The notes below the pieces were generated by a model, which saw only the letters and a list, made by a program, of their open reading frames with translations, was not told where the DNA came from and did not search any database. A stretch of DNA of 59,040 bases, the filler included, from Sphacelaria rigidula (lineage: Eukaryota), in the NCBI GenBank assembly GCA_964200075.2. It is 5 parts of 5 records of this genome, joined end to end, with 100 filler letters (N's around TTAATTAATTAA, not from the genome) between each part and the next. Parts side by side here need not be neighbours in the genome. Positions count along the whole stretch, not along the records: positions 47,313 to 59,040 come from CAXNAA020004584.1; 4 more parts are not named here. The stretch is one strand, 5' to 3'. Of the stretch, positions 48,580 through 59,040 are shown piece by piece; the first letter of the stretch is position 1; each line of letters begins with the position of its first letter. The position numbers and the translations under genes were made by a program.

Positions 48580-51500
48580 CTATTTCTGCGCATTTGCGAC
48601 GACAACCGCCGCTTCCCTCTTCCTCTCCACATCACACAAATACTCGTGGTAGTCCTGGGCCCAACTGTAATCGCAGCCTGCCTCTTCCCGACCCTCAAGT
48701 TCCACCCTTCTGTCGTCTTCACTCCGTTCATCCTCTCCCTGCGATGTCTTCTCCGCACAACTGGTAACACCACTACCTTCCTTTTTTTCGAGCTCCCTTC
48801 TGCACAGATACTCATGGTACTCTTGACTCCAGTCGCCACGAACGCTGGATGAGCCCGGCCGCCCGCAATCACGTCCAGCAACAGCACCAGCACCAGCACC
48901 ACCCACTTCACCTCCACTACTCCCACTCAAGATGCTACTTCCCATGATACCCCTCCCACCATCATCGCCATTGTTATGTACTCGCGCTGACTCCCTCGCC
49001 CCCTCCTCCCCAGCTTGAACGACATTATCCTCCTCGCAGCCCATCATGGTAAACCCTCCGCTAACCGTGCCTCTGGCCGCCGTCCCGTCAGCATCTCGGG
49101 ATGTGGCAGCGGAGTTGGGCTGATTCCCTCCCGCTGTCCCTACGGTGGGGCCCCCGAAGCGAGCTAGATGGCTCGTCAGCGCGCTCACAAACTCCGCCCT
49201 TAGGTCCGCGTCGAGTAGAGGTAGTTGGGACAACTGCGGTACGTTGCCTCTGTGGTCGTTTGGAATGCAAGCTGGGAAAGCCTCACCATGCGGCGATGAT
49301 TTTTCAATGATTGTCGCAGATGCAGCCCAGCAGCTACGACCCTCCCCGTGTTGTGGCGATCGCAGCGCTGGCGACAGAGGGCCAATAGGGGTGGAAGCGT
49401 TGTCCGGCTCCAAACGGTCTTGTTCAGGGCAAGAGTTCGCCCCGCTGACTTCGGATACTTGTGACTGCTTCAAAAAAGCGGCCTGGAAACCGTTAGCCGA
49501 GTGGGTGCGGATGATTGCCGTCAACGGGGGGTGCGGTTGTTCGTGGGGTGGGGAGGGGGGGAGCGTACTTATTTGTTGCTTGCCTTAGTTGTTCGACCAT
49601 TGACCACGCATCCCTTTTCGAGACGGAGCATGGGGGCGGCGGCGTACTCATTTGTTGCTTGCCTCATTCGTTTGAGCATTGACCGGGCATCTCTTTTGGG
49701 ACGGAGCACCGTTCCTACTCCTAGTAGAGACACCTCCAACATTCCGGCGCACTATGTTTTTTCCATACATTACATAAAAACATTTTGCATACCGTATTCC
49801 CGGGGAGAGAGAGGGAGCCGTGGTCCAAGCACGGCAAAATATTAAAAAACATCAAGTTTCAGTTTGGTTTTTGTTGGGTACATCCATCATGAGACCACGG
49901 CTGGACCCCTAGGGATCAGTGAAAGTGCGACAATAAATCAATCAATTAAATCAGATCAACCAAGACTGAACTGAAAGAACTTGCCAACAAAAAATTGCGG
50001 GCATATCCATGCTCGGACTCCACCAGCAGCACAGGAATAAGAGCAGCGGAAACGAGCATGCAAGAAAGCATGAAGAGATGGAATCTCAAGCTACTCTGCT
50101 GCATCCAGCATAGCTAGAACGCTTGGCACATAAAACGTAACAAAATGCCTGAGCCAACAGCAAAAAGTGCCGCTAGTATCGAAAAACTGTCGGACACACA
50201 AGCTCACCTCCTCCTCTTCCTTCAATCGCAATTCCAGTATCCTCATAGCTGCAGTCCTGTCCACTGCTCTAAAGCTGGCGGCGAGGGTATCGTCGCCCAA
50301 ATGCTCCTGATCAAACACAACCGAACGATCACCCTCGTGAGACGAAAGCGTACAAGAACTACTGTAATGGCCAATAACTATACTATAGTCAGCGCACCAA
50401 AGGAACTCAACGTACGTACCCGCATATTCTGAACAAAGCACGAGAATATACATCGAACACACGGTATGTCTAGTGCTGCGTTGTCGAACAATCCACGTGG
50501 AAGGACAGCAGCTTACAGCTACGTAGTGATCACTTGAGGCTTGGTTACTTGGTGTAATCCGAGAGAGCGCCACCAGGAGGGGCGTGTCTTAGCACATGAG
50601 TTGTCGATCGAAAATGTGCGGTGGAAACGGAAAACTCCGATCTGATGGGTCGTGATTTCAGCTATTATACTTTGTTTTGGAGGTGGTTGAAGTCACGATC
50701 CCTCAGGCCGTGTCTTATAGGAAAAAAACGATTCGAAAACATGCCGTCGAATCGAACTGGTCGCTACGAGGTCGTATCAGATACGTCCACGGCATTCATG
50801 TTCTTAGATGCCTTCAAATCAACTTTATAATTAGTTGCGCGCGACAGGCAGGGTCAAAAACAGAAAAACTTAGTTTTTTCGAGCCAAACGAACGGCGGAA
50901 TGAACGAAGGGGCACGTAACTCCTGTCGTGGGGAAAACCGTTCCAGATACTACCCTTTCACAGAATTACACAAAACACATACAGTATGGTTCATTCGCAG
51001 TTACCTACTCAACCCTGAGGCATAGATCTGAGCGCAGGGATACATACACTGCGGTGATGGGAAACCGACACCACCACACTGTTGGCATCATGCGTTTCTT
51101 CTTGTTGGCGAAAACTTGGGCATCTCATTTTGTGGCAGGGTCTATCGACTGAGGTGCGTGCTGGGGTGGGCGATCGAAGTGTCAACACGCTCATGAACAG
51201 CAGAGGCGGTGCAAAGCTGCTCGTGGATAAAATCTGCTTCGCATCCTCTGGTATGCAGAGAGTCAGAAAGCTGTGCCGTCTGTATGTCGCATTGCTCGCT
51301 TCTTTAGCACATCGCGCCTGCATGCTGTGCGAAACACACACACACTATCGACACAACAACAGGAGAGGTCGCCACTGTTGTTGTACGGTCTGTACTGTGC
51401 TGTCTATTCAATATAAGTAAAGGAGTACCGCTTCACGAATTTCACTTGGCCTTTTCGATTCAAAGCGCGCGTATTCGCTCGGACCCGAACATAGCAAAGT

Positions 51501-54014
51501 GAACTGAATCAGTTCCGCCGCACGAACTCGTTCGAGTCGAAGAAAATTCGATAAGACACGACCTCAGATCGGAATATTTTGTTTTTCACCGCATGTATTC
51601 CATAAAAAAATTATGTGCTATGACACTGCCCAATTGGCGGTAGGGGTGAAGAAATGGTGTAGTGTTCATGTTTCACCCCTCACTTCCCACGTCATAAACA
51701 GTAGCAGGGGAGTACAGCTTTAGCTATTCCGGATACCCCGCCACGGCCCGGTGGTCTAATGATCCAACTTGATCCAACTGATGATACAATCATACAAGTG
51801 ACACCATTATAATGGGAAAATATTGATTGGATTTCTGCCAGATGCATCTATGATACGAGTAGTTTGGATTCTTCTGAGAAGTATGAAGTTTGAAGTTCGA
51901 AGCGTGAGGACATGAATAGCCAAGAAAACTCTGTTTGACTGAGAGTCTATGCAGAGATTCGACGCGGTTCGATAGTACTTCTCCCACCCACGATACCGAA
52001 GTGTAAGGCGTGTACCGGGGGACAGATATGCTGATCTCTTGAGACAAATAAATTGTCCTGAAAAAAGATGGGGGTCGAAAGTGTGACGAGCTCAAGAAAA
52101 GCATTTGCAACGCCCTCACCACACACTCACCGCCGCTCCTCTGGGTGGCGAGGGCTCCTTCTGCAAGGCCCCCAAGTCCAAGAAGCCCTGTGTATCCACC
52201 TTCAGCTCACTGTCATTCATCGCGCTTCGCTCATCGCTAGCGGCATCTCCACCGACAACCGCGCTAGTTTGTTCGAGATCCTCCTTTATCTCGCGTGGCA
52301 CCTCCCGCCCAGCTGAATATCTTCGGTCATAATCTTTGCCATCGCGGGTTTCAGTAGTACCGCCGTCGTTGACGTCGGTCACCGACACGGCGGAGGTCTG
52401 CCTAGTTGGCGGTGGCGGCGGCGGGCGCGGCGGTGACAAGGCCGATTCATTGGCTTGGCCACCAGCATTATCACGGCGACAAGGTACATGAGAAGAACTC
52501 CGGCTCGTTTCGTTGCTATCACGACTATCATTCCCATCGAGGCCGCTCTTGGCGTCGGCAGGGAGCGCCGTAGAGGCTTGCCTAGACGGTGGCGGCGGGG
52601 GTGGAAGCTGACGGGGCGAAATGGACGATTCATCGGTATTGCTGTCGATCGCGTCGATACGGCGGCGATGGAAGGTCAAAGGTGATGGAGATGGCGATAG
52701 GGGAAGGCCACAGGGTGAAACTCGAGGCGACAGTAGCATAGTCCGTTGCACAGCTGCTTGAACCTTCAGCGAATGTGTTTCCATGGAGTTCACGGACAGC
52801 AAAGGGGGCGACACTTCGCCATCTTGGGCGGCGTGATCTTGGCCATGGATGGGAGCGCCCATAGTGTCACCTTCTCCTTTAGCCAGGTGGCTGTTCGGCG
52901 TATCTTCCTTCCTCCGCAGGCCCTTCGGTGATGTGGGTTCGACGTGTTCCAGGTTTCTCATGTAATGCTGATGGCTTGATGTGCTAATAGATTCGCCGAA
53001 CGTCCCGCATGCACTGGTCGTGACCGTCCAACGGGCCTGTTGTTGCTGATATTCCCCCGCAAGGTGTGTCAAGCCTTCCACCAAGAGAGCCCTGGATTGA
53101 GGAGCGCATCAACGTGGGCGAGGCAGAGTCCGGATGACATGCAAGCCAGCTATTTAATTGAAACAGGTACTGCTACGTTTCCGTCGACACGACGAGCAGT
53201 ATTGGGACGCTTCTGCTGGGGACGGGTGTCGCACGGACTAGGTATAGTTGGTAGGCTGCAGGGAGCGGGGACGCTGCCCTTACTACTGCTGAGGGCAGAC
53301 GAATGCGATTCTCCGTCAAAAGAACATACATGACGAATCCATGGCGTTCAACAAAAGGAAGTGCATCGACGCGGTCCATCAAAACACATATTAGGTTCTA
53401 GCAGAGCATTCTTTTCCTTTTTTTTTTGTTTTCGGTCGGCCATTTCTTTCTGTGCTATGCTTGTATTGACTTTTGTTTTTATTACTATTTTTTGTCACGA
53501 CTTAATCTGCTATGTCGTTCTGTTCGACTTTTTTTTTAATATTCCTTCCTTTCTACAGAGCGTGTTTCAGTTCCGTTGTGTTGGGTACGTCCGTCATGAG
53601 ACCGCGGCTGGACTCCTGGGGGGTCAGTGAGAGTGCGACAATCAATCGATCATTAATCATAACGCAGTAGGTCGCCAGGCCGACATGTCACACTATCCTG
53701 GGACCCTGCACCTGAAGTGGTACAGTGCAATTACTTGGTGTTGGTATGGCGGATGGGACCTGTGACACGTCATTCAAACTGCACTGCGGTGAGCGACGCA
53801 CTTCGTACCAGTCAGTCTCAGGGTCATGTCACGGACCAATTTCCCATCGAAAAATGACGGGTGTCTGTCTTTATTATAGAGAACAGCATACTGTACTATG
53901 CTAACCTGGCGGCGGCATCAGTATGTCTGCCATTAGCCGTAATCCCGATCGCTTCGTCACTCTCTTCCAAGTAGGCCTGCAAGGCTTGTCGGCGCCCCCG
54001 TCCCGACAAGATAC
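48580..54014 (-). CDS. 3' part of an uncharacterised, largely disordered S/P/D/G-rich protein; exons 54014-53906, 53091-52131, 50306-50208, 49482-48580 (stop)
   Basis: Canonical AG/GT sites with matching phases (2, 0, 0) and two long stop-free exons (961 and 903 nt). Joined peptide: ...QALQAYLEESDEA...AAAR|ALLVEGLTHLAGEY...PPRGAA|EHLGDDTLAASF...LKEEEE|AAFLKQ...ANAQK*. No family recognised. Confidence 0.72.
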
Positions 54015-55647
54015 CTGGAAAATCGAACATGCGCAAAGATTCAACACAAACAGCGGCCTAGTTCTGAAAGTGACCTCAGAGGTACGCGTCAAGGTAGATG
54101 CGTTTAACTCGGTTCGGAAAGTTATTTTATTTATTATTAGTAGTATCATCATTAATATCATTATTATTCCCGCACATTAGTCCGATATCTCGAACCCGTG
54201 TTCATGGACGTAGGCCCGTCTTTCCAATGCCGCCCCTGCTATTCCTTACAAGACATGGAGTCCTCCACCACTTATTTTCTGAGACTCCAGCCTAGTTACA
54301 AAAACGAACGTTATCAACAAAAAAATTACCAAAATGAAAATCTGAAGAGAGACGCCAAGAAAAACATGATAGGTAGCTTCCTCGATTTCAACAGGGTGAC
54401 CAGGAGAACAACATCTTCGTATTTACAGAACCATAGAATTTACCGTTCTGCACGAGGACATGGGACCGCTATATTATGTTATCAAGGTGTGCCGAAGAGC
54501 CATTTAGATGATTGCTCAACATGGCTTTTGGTATCCTCCCTTCTTCCAATGGAAGTGCTGCGGTGCTGCAGGCAGGCCGCACGGAAATCGACGATGGTAT
54601 TTTCGCCGTAAACAATCTCAACCACGATAACGCTTTGCTTTTGGCGCGAGAGCGCGATGAACAAAACGTCGGCGGCTGACAGACATTCTCGTGGATTGGG
54701 AGATGATTGGGGGGTGGCCAGTAAATATATCGTGAAGACAGTACAGCACTGGAAGTGAGACTCATTCATTCCTCGTAGCGTCCAGTGGTACACGTAGGTT
54801 ATTGATGGCCAGGCTATCTTGTGATCTTGTGATCTTGTGGGAGGTGTACTCTTGACATTGCAGATCGTACTCATCAAATCGTTCATCTCGCATCCCTGTT
54901 AAGTCGGGACGGAGCACGCCGGGTTTTCGCCGGAATAGGCTCGCGATTATTAAGCGCGAACCGCCGTGGTGTATTCGGCGAGTCGTATGAGGGGTGAGCT
55001 GCATCCTGCTAAGATTCATCCACCCGAAGTGTACTGATTATCTTGCATGGATGACAGCCTACCATGAGTTGCTTCATTTCCTGGTATCGCCACTTCCAGA
55101 GACAGCCACTTTGTTCGGGGGGTCGGAATAATTGTTCTGATGCAAGACACAATGCCCGCATGGACACAGGGGAGTCTGGGCCCACCCGACCGTTGCCACT
55201 TTCGTACACGTCCGTGTTGCATAGTGATTACAGCACAGAATACCCCAGCACCGCACATTTATACATGAGTGAGTGGGAACTACCATGGGCGGTGACCGTT
55301 CCAGCATCGCACGTGTTGGGCATGGGGTGTGGGAAGGTATTCATAGGTGCTAAGGATAGAGTACGGTACTCCGGGTACTCTGAGTTTCCAGAGTACAGTA
55401 CCTGCCGAATCGACTGCCGAAAGTACTGGATACTCTTCCGTAGCTCCAGTATTGAGTGTCGACAATACTGAGTATTGTACATCAGCTGGAGTATCGAGTG
55501 TAGAAAACACCGGGTAATTCTACAGCATCTGAAGTATCGATTGCCGAAAACGCTGGACATTCCAGAGCACCTGGGCTATCGAGTGCTGAAAATACTGCGT
55601 TTTGTACAGTTTGGTATCTGGAAATCGATTTCGGAAAATGCTGAGTA

Positions 55648-55765
55648 CTCGAGCCGGTCGCCCCGGTGGCTCAGTTGATAACCTCGAAACCCTCTGACGG
55701 CTGGGTCGTGGGTTCGAATTTCGGAGCAATCTGGTATTATTTCTCACACAACGCCCAACAGTGGA
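55648..55765 (+). mobile_element. tRNA-like SINE head (second family) or tRNA pseudogene
   Basis: TGGCTCAGTTG (A box) and GGTTCGAATT (B box) at tRNA spacing, without a clean cloverleaf. Confidence 0.5.
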
Positions 55766-56284
55766 GAGCGACTATGTTGTGGGTACACAAAGTTCGACTA
55801 TTCGGTCGAGGAAAAAGAACGGCTGAACTCCTCTTGCGATTAAAAAAAAAAAGGAGCAAGCACCGCAGAAGGAAGATGGCGAACGAAAACAAACATAAAA
55901 GGGGGAAAATCCTGTGTCAGCCTTCCTTCTGTGACCCGGGCTGTTGCGCCCAAATATATCGAAAGGTGCAGACTGACGTTCAGAATAGATGGCATGACAA
56001 CACACACAACAATGTATGCCAGCATAGCATACCTGGAGTGTCGAGTGCCCGAATTACTTTTCCAAGGTTTTCTTCAGAACCGGCTTTTGGAACATGATTA
56101 TCGGATTATCCGGTATGGTACTTGACTGTCGCATTATGACTGCTGTGCACGGTGGTCGGTACATGTGCAACCCGGTACTGTAAGTACGGTGCGGTGCTAT
56201 TTTATCATGGATCCTAAGGTACTATTGTACCTCGCTGTCTGCCTTTTCCAACCAACGTAAGATATGGATGATACGGGCCCGGAC

Positions 56285-57006
56285 GAATGCAGTCGTACAG
56301 TATATGCGGTAAAAAAAAGCTATCGCGGGAACTGCGGAAATCTCAAGCCACGGTACTGCACCCTGTCGCGGAAAATCGCGGTAGATGGCATTTTGTCCTG
56401 TACACGTGTGTTCATGTACGCGTATAATTTTTCAATCAACGAACGTACGAGTGCTTTGATTGATTGATTGATTGTCGCACTTTAGCTGACCCCTCAGGGG
56501 TCCAGCCATGGTCTCATGATAGACGTACCCAAGAAAAACGAAATTCGAACACGCTCTAAGGGAAAAAAAAAAGAGGGGTCGAACAGAACGACATGGCAGA
56601 TTACGTGGTGTAAAAAAAAAGTGATAAAAATTCAACACAAGCAAAGCACAGAAAGAAATCGCCGACCTAAAGCAAGAAAAAGAAAAACAAGAGGAAAGTA
56701 CGAAGCAAACAAAAAATATACAATAAAACGATGGGAAAAAAAAGAAAAGAAAAGAATACTGCGACTCCGAATGTCATTGTTCAAATACAGGAAGGGACTC
56801 GAATGCAGTTGTGCTGTATACGCGGTGAAAAAAAGCTATCTCGGAAACTGCGGCAATCTCAAGCCACGGTACCGTACCCTGGCGCGGAAAATCGCGGTAG
56901 ATGGCATTCTGTCGTGTGCACGTGTGTTCATGTACGCGTTTACATTTTTCAACCAACGAACGTACGAGTACTGCGACTCTGAATGCCATTGTTCAGATAC
57001 AGGAAG
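56285..57006 (+). repeat. Tandem duplication (~210-bp unit x2) whose first copy is split by a LINE 3' fragment (~56453-56756, - strand)
   Basis: 56285-56452 plus 56757-56799 align to 56800-57006. The insert begins with (GATT)n and the reverse-complement LINE terminal motif. Confidence 0.75.
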
Positions 57007-59040
57007 ACCCTCTGGGAAAATACGACGAAAAGTGAAGCTTGTTGCGACAATCGATCAGGCACTCATTTCGTTACAACCAATCCAAAGATATGATTGCAAA
57101 TCTTACATTACAAATTACAACCATCACCCCCAAGAACATACGACACAGAGTAACGCTCAAGTAAATCCACCGAGAACCCCAACAAAAGAAGGAAGCAACG
57201 ACAAAACAACATAATGAAATGCCCCAATGTATTATTATACGTGGGGGAGGGCGACACAAACGAAATAGAAATGTGACTGACACGAAATAAAACTATGGCA
57301 ACTGATACAAACACAGAGACAGCGGATCATGTACCAAATATAGAATCACACAAAACACACAAGTACCAAATACCAAATACCAAATAGCAAACAGCATAGA
57401 CCATCAACCAAAATAACGGGCGAACACGGTTCGCGAAGCATGAGGGATACGTATCTCACGACGGCACGACCTAAAAACGACATCACGCGATCGTCTCCCA
57501 TCACCGCATCAGATATCAAACATAACGCCCTGCGGATATATACTACGTACCGAGTAGTATATATTAATATACTCAAGTCGGGGTGAGCGTGTTGGGATCC
57601 GTACCGTTTGCCTGCATAACTCGTGATGCAGCCGGAGCCAAAGATCGTCACCCTACTCTACGAGCAGGTAGGTAGCTGCCGAGTAGGTATTGCCATATTG
57701 CCGTACCAGTAAAGGTAGTGTTGGCAGGAGAGGGTGAGTGCTTGTCTAATAGCCAATAAGAACTATACGGGCATTCTATTTGTTATACTTAGGTCTGACT
57801 CGCAGTCTCGAGTAAAACTGAAAAAAAAAGAAGTAATTTTATCTTGCATTATCTTTCAGCATGAAGAAAAGCGAACCCGCACGAAAGGGTTACAAGTTAA
57901 AACGCGACGTTGAGTGCCCTCTAGTGCCCATCACAAAAATTAGGTGGTTATCTTATTTTCCTCAATTTTCAAGCTGCGCAACGGGAACTTTGTTTTCGAT
58001 CGCTAGGCCCTCGTATTTCCCTTAGCTTCTGGGCTACACAAATCCGAATGATAGCAGCCGACTGATGAAATGAAATGATTTGCTTCACGTTGAGAGTATG
58101 TACGAACAAACACCAAGACAAAGACAGGTCAACCCTCTCGACACGGATCTGAGTGTATCTGTTATTTTTGCTGCATCCTTTTGTCAGGCTGTATCGACCG
58201 CAACAGAGGTGTTTCACTGTCGAAAACACAAAATGTGGCGCAAAAAAAGACGTGTCTGCATGGAATGGAACACTATCTGTGCCATCGCGAGGACACACGC
58301 GTACTTGTGAGGCCCTCAAGTATCTTATAGAGACGAAAAAAGAGCGGCGAGCAAAGTAACAAGCATATTATTTGATCGCTGCGACAACACCCCACAGAGA
58401 AAAAAAGCGGGGCTTTCCATTTGTCCATTATTTTGGATTTTGTTTCGGCTGTTCGTCCTTCTTCCTGGGGTGTTCGTCAATAAGGGCGTGCCTTAGCACT
58501 TTTCTTTTCGATCGAAAAAATGGGGCGATGGAATCAATTTGAGCGAATTTTTCTCGTTTTAATGCAGTTGGGTCCAGATGGATTTTCAAGCTTTCGATCG
58601 AAAAAGGCAGTGAAATTCGTGAAACGGTACATGGTCACTCGTGTACAGTACAGACAGTCTGTACTGTCTGCACTGCTTGCAAGCAGGATGTCTCAAGTCT
58701 TAAGTGCGTGTGTGCGTGTTTCGTGCAGGAGGATATAAAGGAGAAGCGGGCAACGTGCAGTGCAGTCAGCCCAGGACCATCAGTTCTCTCTGCTTACAAT
58801 GCGACGTGACAAAGACTTGGGGAACGTGCAGCTCTGTACTGCCTGCACTGTCCATGAGCGTGCACGCAACTCGGTTGCCCACCGTACCACGCAGTTCCGT
58901 CGCTGATGCCTACGATGAGAGAAGATGAGCAAGTTTTCGCCGGCAAAAAAAAACGAAGCACACCCTTGTGCTCAACTCGTGCTCTATGCTGCAGGGTTGC
59001 GGTGGTAGCTGAGAATGGGTTGGATGGAGTTTGCATGGCC

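Noticed and set aside
56516-57214. 232-aa Lys/Arg-rich ORF
   Set aside because: Antisense read-through of an A-rich LINE tail plus a tandem repeat.
57629-58928. Possible + strand exons (PEPKIVTLLYEQ|gtaggt and a Cys-rich stretch at ~58729-58928)
   Set aside because: The in-phase join hits a stop quickly, and the zinc-finger-like Cys are split between frames.

Overview
Eukaryotic, intron-rich, repeat-laden genomic DNA. Short GT-AG exons, 0.1-2.7 kb introns and RTE/Copia/SINE/MITE debris suggest a stramenopile, probably a brown alga (inference). The window is not one locus. It is five pieces of exactly 11,728 bp joined by four 100-nt linkers (N44-TTAATTAATTAA-N44), so nothing can be linked across the linkers. 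Piece 1 (1-11728) holds 11 phase-compatible + strand exons (about 614 aa) of a protein made of tandem bacterial-type DUF11/DUF7507-like Ig-fold repeats, with phase-1 introns at the repeat borders. This is the most unusual item. Piece 2 holds part of a - strand VPS13/chorein gene and a Stowaway-like MITE. Piece 3 is mostly repeats (tRNA-derived SINEs, a Copia RNase H remnant, MITEs) plus one terminal exon. Piece 4 holds a decayed RTE LINE split by a MITE, a FAIM-like first exon, a nested foldback/MITE element, a decayed Ty1/copia element with its LTR and a full-length SINE. Piece 5 holds the last four exons of an uncharacterised - strand gene with a duplicated C-terminal motif. Most entries in the supplied ORF track are spurious. 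Gene models were spliced by hand and family names come from remembered motifs, not from database searches.
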